A stretch of DNA of 64,000 nt from NCBI GenBank assembly GCA_032718475.1, contig JAUCBJ010003887.1, positions 3,839-67,838 on the forward strand, in the 5' to 3' direction. Both the position numbers and the translations under genes were made by a program. This document shows, piece after piece, positions 36,486 to 48,930 of this stretch. The notes under the pieces were generated by a model. The model was not told the DNA's origin. It saw only the letters and a program-made list of their open reading frames with translations, and did no database searches. The DNA comes from Nemertoderma westbladi. Its lineage: Eukaryota > Animalia > Xenacoelomorpha. The first letter of the stretch is position 1; every line of letters starts with the position of its first letter.

Positions 36486-39045
36486 GTCTGACTTAGAGTG
36501 GGACGAGCCAATATCCGCTATACATGCAAAGCAGTGGAGAGAGTGGGAAGCCGAGTTGCATCTATTGAAAAATATAGATGTACCCCACTCCTACTTTCCG
36601 AATCAGCTGGTATTCCCAGCTGATCTACAACTGCATTTATTTAGTGACGCAAGTGATACCGGCTTTGGTATGGTAGCCTACCTTTGCCGAGAGGTAAGTC
36701 AGGATAAGTTTGAGACGGCCTTTGTGACTTCTAGATCAAAGACAATGCCGGTCAAATACATGACTGTCCCTTGTGCTAGTACCTTGTGCGGTAGTATCGG
36801 TTGAGGTGAGTAAGCAGATAATAGAGGAGTTAGACACGACCTTGACATTATTCTATTGGACGGACGCATCCTTAGTGTTAGTGTATATTGCAGCTGACAA
36901 TATTGCACTAAAGATATTTGTAGCCAACAGACGCGCTCAGATCGTTGAGTTTTCAATGAAGGAACAATGGAGACATTGTCGGGGAGTGTTAAACCCGGCT
37001 GACATAATTTCGAGAGGTGCTATGCCGGCGGAACTCTGTCAAGAAGAATCCCAGGAGTTTTGGTTACATGGACCGGATTTTCTAACAAGGACACAGGGAC
37101 ATTGGCCAGAGCGACTGAAGATCGTTACCAATCCGATGCCGATAGATGCAGAGGTCAAAGTGGAGAAAGTTTCCAAGTCTAAGTCGAAAGCCAAACTCGA
37201 GTCATTGGAGCGGCCTGAAGAGTCATTGGAGCAGCCTGAAGAGTCATTGGAGTGGCCTGAAGAGTCATTGGAGCGGCATGGAGACCTGTCAGACCAAGAG
37301 ACTTATGTGACTACAAGGTCCGGAAGAGTAAGTTATGACATAAAACCATCCTTACAGACTACACAAGGGTCACAATTAGTAAGTGACGGACAGAAAATGA
37401 CCAACAAGATGGAACCTTCGGTTTCCAAACCTGCGGGTTTGGATTCGAAACTTCCATTGGCTAGTGGGCAACTGTCGCTGGCGTTAGAGCCACGTAGTAT
37501 TTATGACAAATTACTAAATTCGTCCGCCTCTTGGCTGACAATTTGTAAAAGAACCGCGTGGTTAAGCCAATATGTTTCTTTCCTTTGTTTGAAACGTACA
37601 AAGCATTTAGGAGAACAAATGAGCACTAATAGTGAGCGGATTCAGAAATTGAAACAACCTCTTACAGAGGATGAGATTGATCAAGCGGAATTAAAGCATT
37701 TGAGACATTATCAAATGTGTGCCTTCCCAAAGGAATTCTATCTGTTATTGGTTCAACGACCAGTTCTCTATAAACCCCTCAAAAAATGGAGTCCATTGAT
37801 ACATAAGGGTTTGATTTTTCATAGATCAAGAATCCAGACTGTTGACATCACCCAATAGAATTACAAAGAGCGATTCTGTGGGATATACATAAGAGGCTAC
37901 ATCACGCGGGAAGGTTACACTGTTTCTCGGCAGCGAGACAGTGATTCATTCTGTTGCAGTCAAGCAGGGCAGTAGGTATCATGTACAACGCCTGTCTGGT
38001 TTGCAAGAGAGTGTACGCCAGAGTATTGGAACAGGAGATGGCTGAACTCCCGGAAGCAAGAGTGCAGGCATATGACCTACCCTTCATAAATACAGGAGTG
38101 GACTGTTTTGGCCCGATTGAGGCAACGAGTGGACGGCTGATGCACAAGAGATGGGGCCTGCTACTGATATGTATGGCAAGTAGAGCCGTACACATAGAGC
38201 GTGTGGCAGACATGTCGACCAAATCTCTGTTCCTGGCCTTAAAGAGATTTATGGCCAGGAGAGTACTAGTAAAGGCGTTCTTCTCCGACAAGGGTACAAA
38301 CTTTGTCAGAGGGGATAGTGAGTTGAAGCGGCTCACGGCGCAGAACAAAGAAATCTCTGCAGCACTTTTGCCGCAAAGAGTCGAGTGGAGGTTTAATACC
38401 CCAGAAAGTCCCTGGAGAGGAGGAAGTTAGGAGCATCTGGTTCGCTCCATAAAACAGGCCATAGCAAAAACATTGCCTGTAAATAAACAACTAACGGACG
38501 ACGAGTTGGTAACAGCTTTCATCAAAATCAAGCATACTTTAAACTCGAGGCCGATAGCTATGTTGCCCGACGGTGTTGCATTAACACCAAATCACCTGCT
38601 TATGCAGAGTCCAGCATTTCTTGTGCCGGCATCAGAACCCATTAGTTCCGACCTATATTGTCGAAAAAGCTGGAAAATTACCCAGTTTATAGCGTACACA
38701 TTCTGGGAATATTGGCGGGAATATTACCTTCCCACAATATCCACCAGAGCTAAGTGGTACAAAACAGTCCGGAGCCTCCAAAGAGGAGACTACGTATTAA
38801 TAACCGAACCAGTGATAAAGAGAAAATACTGGGAAACCGGCGTAATCTTGCACGTACACCCGGATGTACAAAATATAGTATGCACCATCACTGTAAAAAT
38901 AAGGTACAAGTGTCCGAACAAAAAGAAGTGTAAAACTAAGGGTTTTCACACTTTGGACAGGCCAGTCCAGGATATTGTGTTACGAGAAGAAACACGCATC
39001 GAGACAGGAGACTATAATTTGTCTTCTGCCTCAAAACAAAATTAG
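36486..39045 (+). pseudogene. RNase H-integrase of element B
   Basis: FSDAS, YWTDAS, NPADIISRG, GVDCFGP, SDKGTNF, LDRPVQDIVLRE; several stops and frameshifts; 21-bp ESLEQPE repeat at ~37199-37278. Confidence 0.92.
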
Positions 39046-39882
39046 TGTCAGAACGCAAATTCACTTTGTGTGCATTCCTCGTATGCAAATACTCGGAAAT
39101 ACATAGGAGCGGATTTGAGGTGAAATGCGTTGATAATTTGTCTGGTGGGTATCTAAACAAAATTAAATTTTTTCATAAAGTTTGGAAAATTCAAATTTAA
39201 AAAAATAAAAGTTGAACCCAAGACAATTCCAATGCTAAATATAGACGCGTTCGAGAACCTATCTATAAGTACAGTAATTTGAAAGTCGTGAGAGCCTGGA
39301 AAATAGTACCTAGACACCATGGTTATGGCTATATTATGTAGGAGTGTAAATTGAGTTCAGTAACTTCCACAGATTGGTGCCAACAGTACTACAACCAAGG
39401 TGCTAAAGGTTAGTAGCCCCAGAGGCGTACACAGACCCCACTCAGTAGTTTGTAGTGGAGAGAGGTGTTCGATTATCAAACCTGCAGGTTTGGTATAGTC
39501 GAGCGCCCTAGTTAATGTCCTTTCTAACCACTGTAGTCTAGTACAAGTATTGGGGAGTAGTTTGGGCATCAAAAAGTGAATCGGCCACGGCCAGTTTATC
39601 TCCAAAGTTTTTGCGCTATGCATGGGAATAAGTTAGAAGGTAGTTAAGAATGAGACGGGATCTAGAAAGCCGAACCTGAACTTCTGGAAGGCGGGCTTGG
39701 TAGCTCGGGATGTCTATCCCTCCGTACTATCTAACTGATCCACCCACAGTATAATTAGCTTACGTCATAGACCATTTGGAATATATATACATATAATACA
39801 CGCAAATGAAGAAGGACGTCTGTCCATCCGTCTGTATTCAAGTGGGTGCGCCTTGGGGAGGAACCCAGACGGATGAAAGCGG

Positions 39883-41205
39883 ATGGAGCTAAATGGGAAA
39901 TATAAACCCACTTACGACAAGGAATTGAGGAGAGAAAGATGGCGAGCATTTGGAGATCGTATGGAGGTGTTACGACGGGAATACCGGACTCGATATCCCT
40001 ACGACTTCGCCCTCGACGTGTGCGATATCAGCACCGACCCTGAAGAGGAAATAGCGCGCTTGTATCATATGAATATGTATTTGTCGCACGATGAACCTCT
40101 ACCTGCCGTCCGAGATCAGTTCGAAGGGATGCATCTTTACCGGAGGACCCGAGGCAGGGACGAGGAGACACCGAAGGTTTTCAGCATATATAAGTTGTTC
40201 TACAAATGCAGCGAGTGCATGAATAAACAAGACGTAGCATCCCCAACCGACTGAACAAGTTGAACCCCAAACCGATATTAACGCGGTGCCAAGCTCATCA
40301 GTTTCTTATAAATAACGAGGGAGGTTACCCGATGAATAATCCTATGATCAGCATTGACTTTAGCGGAAAGCGACCTCCGAGACCTATTATGTCGACCGTT
40401 ATGACATTGGACCTGTATATGGAGATTAAACCCTGTTCTACACCCGCTTTGACAGAAACGGTGGCGGCCATTTTGCTTTACCGAGCCTTTTGCCTCACCG
40501 GGAGAGGAAGCTCACGCCTGAGTATCCAGATGAGGTAAAAATACGACACGAAAAGACAACGCAAGCTGTTCCGACATCCAATAGAATCGCGCCATCCATC
40601 CGTCTACTAACTATACCCACGATCCGCGATTTATACAATATTTTTCTCCAAATTGTTTTGGGAAGTTTCGACGCACGCTTTATTAATTCCAAATATGTCC
40701 AATCCTTTATATATCATCGTTGCTCTGATATATACATCTTGATTTATTGCCCAGCGCACAATTGGCGGCCTAAGGAGACTCGTTTGGGGTCATTGACCAC
40801 TGAACGGGTGGAGGAGCAACAGACCACTGCGCCCACAGAAATAACAGCCAGAGCCCATAGCTTGCGGCAAGGACCAGAAGGATTAGTGCTTGGCAAGCGT
40901 CAAGCCAAGGACGAGCAGTTTCATGCCATGCGCAACGCGTGCAACGTAAGGCAAAAGGTGCATCCTAAAGGGCGCGAGTGCAGTTGCTGAAAAAGGAGTT
41001 GGCGGGGGCGCCTGCAGGGACACGGCATCTGGGACGAGGCCGAGGGAGGAGTACCAGCCGGGAGATAGTTGGGGCCCAGGGAACGTCGTCGCCGGTTCCG
41101 GGAAGTGACGCCTCATGGACGCCGTCAACAGACTGGTGTATCTGGGGAGGGGACGGAAGAGAGGAGCGAGCCCGAGAGACCCAGGAGCTAGCCAATGGGC
41201 GATAA
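39883..41205 (+). pseudogene. Accessory gene remnant of element B (N-domain and RG tail; no exonuclease seen)
   Basis: YPYDFALDVCDISTDPEEEIARLYH...EPLPAVRDQFEGMHLYRR...FSIYKLFYKC aligns with A YPYDALCDASDICEDPDTEIRRLYH...EPLPAARDEFEGMHLYRR...FSIYKLFYKC. Confidence 0.85.
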
Positions 41206-41479
41206 TATTACGGAGCAACAGACTCTAGACATATACATCATCGTCGCTCTGATGTATATCGTAGGTTTTGATAAAAACATTCGACTGGACTTGTATACAC
41301 TAGTCATATCCATATTTTAGAATTTTGTAAGTAGTGTATATTATATTAAGATATAATATTAATAGCGAGAGGCGAAGGAGGTGACTAGGAAGACAAACCC
41401 GCTGGTTTGGCTTACCCCTTTCACCTGCCCTATCCAGGGCGTTTTATATTATTTAAGTAGACCGTCAAATTGAAAATAA

Positions 41480-41645
41480 ATAAAGGAAGCAATATTTTTG
41501 TAATTTAATTTGTATGTAGTAATCATTATGCAGTAACGGAAGTAATATTTTTGTAGATTTAATTTGTATGTAGTAATCATTATGCAGTAAAGAAAGCAAT
41601 ATTTTTGTAAATTTAATTTGTATGTAAAAATCACTATGCAATATC
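41480..41645. repeat. 54-bp tandem repeat x3 in the 3' UTR of B
   Basis: Repeated AATATTTTTGTA.ATTTAATTTGTATGTAGTAATCATTATGCAGTAA. Confidence 0.8.
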
Positions 41646-41786
41646 AATGGCAATATTTGTACATATTAGAATTATTATAGAACTGAGTTATTAGATTATT
41701 TGAAAGTAAATTTTATTTTGTTTATTCACATCGCCCTATATTCTTCTACAATTGGAGGGAAACATTGCTTGTTTCGCTTGGAGCGG

Positions 41787-43004
41787 TGTTACGATATATG
41801 GCGCTGTGTACTACTATCAGCCTATTATACAGTATAGAGTATTTAGATAAGTCATAATTATGTACGGACGCAATTAGATAGGGACAATAAAATGTCCAAG
41901 TTTATATATCTCATCCATTTTGTATAGATGTAGTTTTGCGTACATAATTTTGTAAAAAAACCTTAATAAATAACATTTACGGTAGCAAGTTCCTATAAAA
42001 CCTTAATACGAGCTAGCTGTTTATTAATGATGCGACGAAGGGAAGTGCAGAAGATCCAAAGCAGGGTGACGCTGGCGGGGGGCCACCGTTGCGGTCAAGG
42101 CTAGTCAGTTGAGGACCGGGGACCAGCCGCTTTTACAGTATTAGGGGGCTGACGATCCAGATTTTTGTCTCTACTTTGTAGTATTAGGGGGCAGAATTTG
42201 GGTTTGGTTAGGAGTCCTATGTGTGGCTTTGGGTGGCCTGTGGTTCCTACACTGACTGACTGAATGACTAATACTGGTATACTGACGTACTAACGTATGG
42301 GTATTTAGTGCACTAGCTGACTGGTGTAGTTAGCGCTATCTGCCGTACTACTAGCTTATTGCTACGCTATTTATGTTGTGTTGCGAAAGAGTGCCTGATA
42401 ATACAGTATTTAGGCTGTTGCTAGTATAACCCAGTACATAATAAATTAGAAGTACGTATTCTGGAATATCTAGTAATTAGTACGCAAATTCGTATTTATG
42501 ACTGTAATTAATTTACCTATAAAATAAAATTAAGAATTTGTACGCAGCATAGCGAAGAGTAGTTTAAGTGATTGTTTAGAATACCGTAGACTATTCACGC
42601 TAGGTGGTTATTTGAAAATAGCGGGGCAACAGGCTGACAGCAGTGTCCAGTATACAGTACAGCAGTAGTAAGTTCGCTGGTCTAAAACCAGCCGAAGGCC
42701 AAGTTTTGACACCTAGGAAATTAAACAGATCTATCCCCCTTAACATTAAAATATTCTCACAATCGATGTGTTCTACCCAGTGAATTCCAGTATTTTGCGA
42801 TAAATGAACTCCGAGTGTTAGGCCACCCGCACTCGTTTTAAGAAGCTTAGGGAACCGATTCGGGTTTATTGTTTTGGTTATTCCCGCGTGGCTCATAGAT
42901 TCGAACAGTTAGCTCTCTGTTGAGCGATCAACAGAGAAAGGAGTAAGCGATTTGTAGGAGCCATATAGAAAATAATAGTAAAACATATTAGCGGACGCTC
43001 AACA
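41787..43004 (+). repeat. 3' LTR of element B
   Basis: Starts TGTT directly after GGAGCGG (same PPT as A). Ends AACA where the pogo-like ORF is cut. The end is inferred because no second copy is in the window. Confidence 0.65.
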
Positions 43005-46000
43005 GTAAGGACCATTTGGTGTTTTGCTGTATTGTCCAAAGGTAAGAACTATCTCCTGATCGCGCTTGTTTGATACAGAGGTTGGGTGCAGATCTTTTAA
43101 TCTTTGCATAAATGCATGATCTATCACATCGACTACTGAGGTATCTGGAGAAACATAATTTGGCGACCTTGATAATACTTCCAAGGGATTAAATGGATGT
43201 ATTCCACACTTTCTGAACCCGGATATCATTGTCACATTAGAAGAAATATTTTCCCCAAGAATTGGCTCAACATCACTCTCCAGTGTAGATCTACCCTCAC
43301 TATCAATCGACGCCATCACACCTTTCAACAAACCTGGAAACTTATCTTTTGGAAGAGAAAGTTGTTTCTTTCCCTCTTTAGCCTTAAATGATGATAAAAC
43401 TAATCGCCATTTTCGTTTGAGGGTTGCGAAGAATGCAACATCAAGCGGCTGCATAAGATGGGTTGAATTTGGCAGCAGGCAAACAAACCGAATGTTATAA
43501 TTCTCACACTTCTCAATCACCTGCGGAGAAAATGACTACTGAGATTGTCACCAATCATCAACTTGGGTTTCTCCTTTGGAAACCTTTTGAAATATGGCAT
43601 TGCTATCTTATTGAACCAATCTGTAATGAAGCTGCATCGAACCAGCCAGATGAGGTACGATTATACCAAGCACTCGTTGATCCTCCTTTCTTCCACTGAT
43701 CCCACATGCACTCAGCTTTGCCTTGCTTTGCTTTGGCTCTTGCCTCTGAGGCGGCAGATCACTGTGAGGGCTATACTGCCTCCACAGAGGCAGTTAAGTT
43801 AGCAGCTGCAGAAACAGTTCCTGTATACCCTCAAAACAGGAAACAGGCCCCCTGGACTGACAACAAAATTCAGAAGTGCCGAAATGACCTCTACAAGGCG
43901 CTGAAAGAGTCCCGACTCAAACAAACTACAGTGGCCAAGAAAGCAGTTAATGCTGCATCTAGGTCCCTGAACAGGCAGTACTCTGTTAATTTACAGGAGC
44001 TAATAAACCAACATGTTGATACCATCAATGATGCTGAAGACAGCAGGCAATCATCCCAGGCATGGAGATCGATCAACTTGCTTGCTGGTTGAAAAAGCCA
44101 ACCAGCCACCAAGGTTAAGGCTGAATCACCAGCCGATCGCCTCAATGGTTGGAAGGCCCACTTTGAAAAGCTCCTCAATAATGACAGGGTATTGCCTGAT
44201 AACTTTATAGAAGTAAAAGTGTCTGAGTCTGTACTCCCAGATATTCCCATTGGTGATATCTCCTTTGCTGAAGTGAAGGCTGCTGCAAAGAGCATTAAGA
44301 CCAATCGTGCCAGTGGAGTAGATGGTGTTCCCTCTGAGGTATTTAAAATACCTGAGTGTTTAAAGCTCGTCTATCCCATCATAGTAGATATGTATCGAAC
44401 AACAAGAGTCCCACAAGAAATGAAAATCAATAAGTTGGTGCCAGTTCCCAAGAAGGGCAACCTAACACTCTATGGTTCTTTTCTGGGAATCTCATTGATC
44501 TCGATTGCTGCAAAGCTATACAATAGAATTATATTAAATCGCATCAGGGATCCCATTGAGAGACTGCTCCGTGGAAATCAGAATGGGTTCCGTAAAGGTC
44601 GTGGGACCATGGAGCCTATTTTGGCACTTAGAAGGATAATTGAAGAGTTATCAAAAAAGAAAGACAGGCATCTGGCTGTTATCTTTGTTGACTTCTTCAA
44701 GGCCTTTGATTCAGTCTCTCGCTCACGTATGTTCAGCATACTTTCATCATATGGGATTCCTGATGAAATTATTGCAGCAATCAGATCAGTATACGATGGT
44801 TCGACAACATTTGTGTCTACTGTTGATGGTGACACAGAACCATTTGAAGTGTTATGGGGCGTCCTCCAGGGAGACACACTTGCACCATTCTTGTTCATAA
44901 TTGTTGTTGACTATGTTCTACGCATGTCCTTAGATCATCATAATGATGATGGGGTGATGATAACTCCACCTACTGGCTCCAGAAGTTGAGGAAATCCTGC
45001 CAAGTACCTAACTGATCTAGACTTTGCTGATGACTTAGGAGTACTCTCAGAATCACTAGAGGGAGCCCAACGGCTCCTCAGCGCATTAGAACATGCTGCT
45101 TCTAGTGTTTGTCTTTTTATTAACTCAAGAAAGACCAAAATTTTGACAGTTAACTTTGAAAGTCCTCAGCAAATCTCTGATCGGATGAGCATAAGCTCAA
45201 AAGATGGTATGCTTGAGCATGTGGATGACTTCTGTTACCTGGGATCATGGATCCGGAAGTCAGGTGAGGACCTTCGAATACGTAAGGGAAAGCACTTGAA
45301 GGCAGCCTTGAATAAGCTTTTCAGGATTTGGAAGTCACCTAGAATTAATCGGAAACTTAAGGTCCGATTATTTAGAGCAGCATAAGTTCCAGTACTCCTC
45401 TATGGGAGTCCATGCTGGGCTCTAACTGCTGAGGACACCAAATCTCTGGATGGCACATTCACAAGAATGCTACGCCGGGTTCATTGTGTCAAGTACAATG
45501 CACACATCTCCAACCAGACTCTATATAACATTGGAGGTGTCTCATTGGTTCCCCCAAGCTTGACACTAGAACAAAATCGCCTCCACTTTGCAGGACATTG
45601 CTTTCGCTGTGAAGACCAGCCAGTGCATAATCTTGTACTTTGGCAGCCTCATGGAGTGAATAAGCATGGTGGACAGCCCATGACTTTCTTTAGACGCATC
45701 ATAAAGGACACTGGCCTTGAAGATGCGGATGATCTAGCAAATGTCATGAGTGATAGGGAGTTGGGGCGGTGCAATTTTGTCGATAAGCCGGCACAGCATT
45801 CTTAAAAATGCAGCTGCTATGCAGCATGCCGATCCTATCCACTGATCCCACATGCACTCAGCTTTGTACACAACATATGGCGGCAGAACCACGCCAGTAG
45901 TAGCAGTTCCAGCCATCATTAGTGATATAGCTGTCTTAGATGAATTCCTAATATCCTCAGGATACTTTGTTCCTCGTTTCACAATAACCTTCTTCCGACC

Positions 46001-47349
46001 CGGGTCATCTGTGAGATTTGTTTCATCGTAGTTAAGCATCAGTTATTCAGTTCAGGATCGACACCTTCCAATGATGTTTTCAGATTATCAAAGTATCTGG
46101 CTACTTCATCCGCTGTTAGACCTGAACGTGAGCGATTTATATTCTGGCCTAGTCGTTTCGATAACTCCTTATGTCTCTTCAAGAATAGGTCTACACCAGG
46201 TAGATTCTTCACGAATTCCACTCCACCATTAAGAGATGTACCAGTAGTTGGTTTTTGAAATTCACGAAAATTTCTTCCTGCACAATTCAGATAATTTTTC
46301 ACCAGGAACCGTATGTCTAGCATTGTGCATGATATTATTAACTAAGACATCTTCATCTACAGCTGTTAAAGCAGTCTGTCCCCCGTATGAGCCCTGTTGT
46401 TTATTATTCATTTTTCGCTGAAGGACTGACTTCGAAATGCCAAATTAATTTTCCAGTTTCTTGTATGACGCTCCTGTAGCCTGCCTCGCCCTTACTGCGG
46501 CCTCAACTGAAGATGCATTATAATTTCTATTAACCCTGGTACCCGCGACATGCTTCCATTGTCTAACCATTTCCTCAGTATGTATAAATAAACAACATAA
46601 ATACGATGGGTACCAGTACAAAATATTTGTTGTCTTGCCGGTAGGCTCTAAGCCTTGGTAGGCTTCTAACCATTTCCTCAAACTAAACTACAAAAATCCT
46701 ATAGCTACCTGTAGGCCTATATTGATTATACACCTTTGAACTGCCGGTATAAACAAAGGCCTACATAATATTTGTTGTCTTGCCGTTAGGCTTACTGTAT
46801 CGACTGATGGTAGAAAATAAACTTTCATTTTTAAGAATATACCGGTAAGTTTTTAATGGGCCTACATACCACGACATAAAATGATAATACCAAATACAGC
46901 AATAAATCGTTACCAGAAGTAAAATAATCAATATCCCACTCCACCCCAAAAATTATCCCACTTCACCCCAGGTCAAGTTTCACAGTTTTTTACAGCTTTA
47001 ATATGATTTAAACTGGGATATATTAAGTTAACATCAAAACAGATTGATATATAATTTAGTGAACATATAACTTTTCAGTAAATATAAATTACTTTAGTAG
47101 GGCACATGTCATTTTTGATGCCAAAATTTTTTAACATTTTAGGTTGTCTCAAACTTTCAACTTTAAAATATGCAAATATAATTTATTATCTCTGTTATGC
47201 ATCAAAATAATTATGAAGATACATATCTTCATACAAACTAGTCGCAATTTTCACAATAAGTAATTGCATTTACATTTTATTGACATTTTAAACAAAATAT
47301 TTTTGCATCCCACTTCACCCCTCTGATCCCACTTCACCCCGGTTAACGG
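43005..47349 (-). mobile_element. pogo/Tigger-like (Tc1-mariner superfamily) DNA transposon, decayed, 3' end cut by B
   Basis: Terminus TA|CCGTTAACCGGGGTGAAGTGGGAT with internal repeats at ~46932-46970. HTH-psq-like N-terminus (~46570-46330), NYDETNL (~46030), LLPNSTHLMQPLDVAFF (~43480). Confidence 0.85.
43721..45837 (+). mobile_element. 5'-truncated RTE-like non-LTR retrotransposon inserted in the transposase
   Basis: RT QNGFRKGR, VDFFKAFDS, GVLQGDTLAPFLF, DLDFADDL. 29-bp TSD at 43692-43720 and 45838-45866. Clade assignment is by eye. Confidence 0.9.
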
Positions 47350-47384
47350 TATTGAATTTAGACTTGAATGATATAGACTTTATT

Positions 47385-48930
47385 AGGTTTTTACTTTGTT
47401 AGGCTTTATAAGGTTTTTAAAACAGCATAAGTCCACAGGTGATGACGGTATTTTTGCCGAACACATTGTTCATGGTCCTCAGTCTTTAGTTATATTTTTA
47501 TCACTACTTTTCACTTCATTTAACGTGCATGGTTTTTTACCTAAATGGATGATTTCCACAATTGTGGCTCCAATCGTGAAAGATAAGACAGGTGACAAAT
47601 CTGATAATAATAACTACAGGCCTGTATCCTTAGCTAGTATTATCAGTAAATTGTATGAAATTATAATACTATCTAGGATTGAACACTATTTATTTACAAC
47701 TGATTACCAATTTGGTTTTAAGAAAAAACTGGGTACCGAAACGTGTACATACTCCCTTAAGGAGGTTATTAATTACTATTTGCTTAATGGGTCTAATGTT
47801 TACGTAGCGTTTTTGGACGCCACTAAGGCATTCGACACCGTTGATTTGACTATTCTTTTTACCCGCCTTTTTGAACGCGGCATTACGTTGTTTATACTTA
47901 GAATTCTTTTGTTCTGGTATCAAAATCAGGTGATGTTCGTTAGATGGGATGGTGCACTTTCGAAACAGTTTAATCGAACAAACGGCGTAATGCAAGGCAG
48001 TATTTTGTCACCAAAATTATTTACTGTTTTCATTGATGGGTTGAGTAGAGAGTTAGCTAAATCGGAGTTAGGCTGCCATATTGATATTTGTTTGAATCAT
48101 TTGCTTTATGCTGACGATCTTAGCTTGATGAGTACATCGCCAGTGGCACTTCAGCAGTTATTAGATATTTGTGTAAATTTTGCAAACCGTAATAACATTA
48201 AGTTCAATCCTAAGAAGTCTAAATGTATAATTATGTATAGTGGTTATAGGAAACATTTTAGAACATGTACGAATTTCACATTAGGCGGTAAAAAACTTGA
48301 AATAGTGAACAAGTTTAAATATTTGGGGCATTATATCACATCAGATTTTTCTGATGACGTAGATATTAAAGCCCAAACCAGGTCACTGTATTCACGTGCT
48401 AATATTATAATTCGTAAATTTAATAAGTGCAGTAAATCGGTTAAACTTAAACTGTTCAATAGCTACTGTTGTAATATTTATTGCAATGCATTATGGGCCG
48501 ATGTTTACTACAGTCAACAAATATTTAATAGCCTCAAGGTGGCCTTAACTATATCTGTTAGGAAACTGTTTGGATATAGCAGCTATTGTAGTGCTAGTGA
48601 AATGCTAGTCACTCTAGGAATACGATCGGTTGTCCATATACACCGTTTTGCTTTACACAGTTTATTCTCACGAGTATCCACATCAACTAACGTCGTTATT
48701 CGTGCTGTCCGAGATAACTGTTTGTCTCAATCTGAGATGTTTAAGTCGTATCGCCGTTTACGGGTAGAGCCGAATTAATTTAATTATATTTTTTATTAGT
48801 TATAATATATTTTTATCACGCTATAGTAATAAATTCCGACATATTTTTATATTAATATAATTATTTATTGTGCACGTATATTTTAATATGTTCAACTGTG
48901 AATGAAATAAAATTGATATTATTATTATTA
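47385..48930 (+). mobile_element. 5'-truncated non-LTR retrotransposon (RTEX-like; RT ORF 47396-48778)
   Basis: YQFGFK, FLDATKAFD, GVMQGSILSP, LLYADDL; (ATT)n tail; interrupts one unit of the adjacent repeat array. Confidence 0.85.

Larger units (their letters stand above)
1..43004 (+). mobile_element. BEL/Pao LTR retrotransposon 'B' (decayed; 5' end outside window; interrupted by elements C and A and a 3.5-kb duplication)
   Basis: Colinear gag (226-1750), protease/RT (3033-4918, 15274-17159), RNase H-integrase (36486-39045), accessory ORF (39883-41205), PPT GGAGCGG (41780-41786) and a TGTT...AACA LTR. The RT reads IWLS|DLEWDEP across the insertion of A. Confidence 0.85.

Noticed and set aside
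40535-40754. GT-AG intron in the B accessory gene
   Set aside because: Donor and acceptor-like sites exist, but the copy is too decayed and no homology supports the spliced product.
46640-46660. GGTAGGCTCTAAGCCTTGG as another copy of the A hairpin
   Set aside because: Shorter loop, different ends, located in an unrelated DNA transposon; probably chance.
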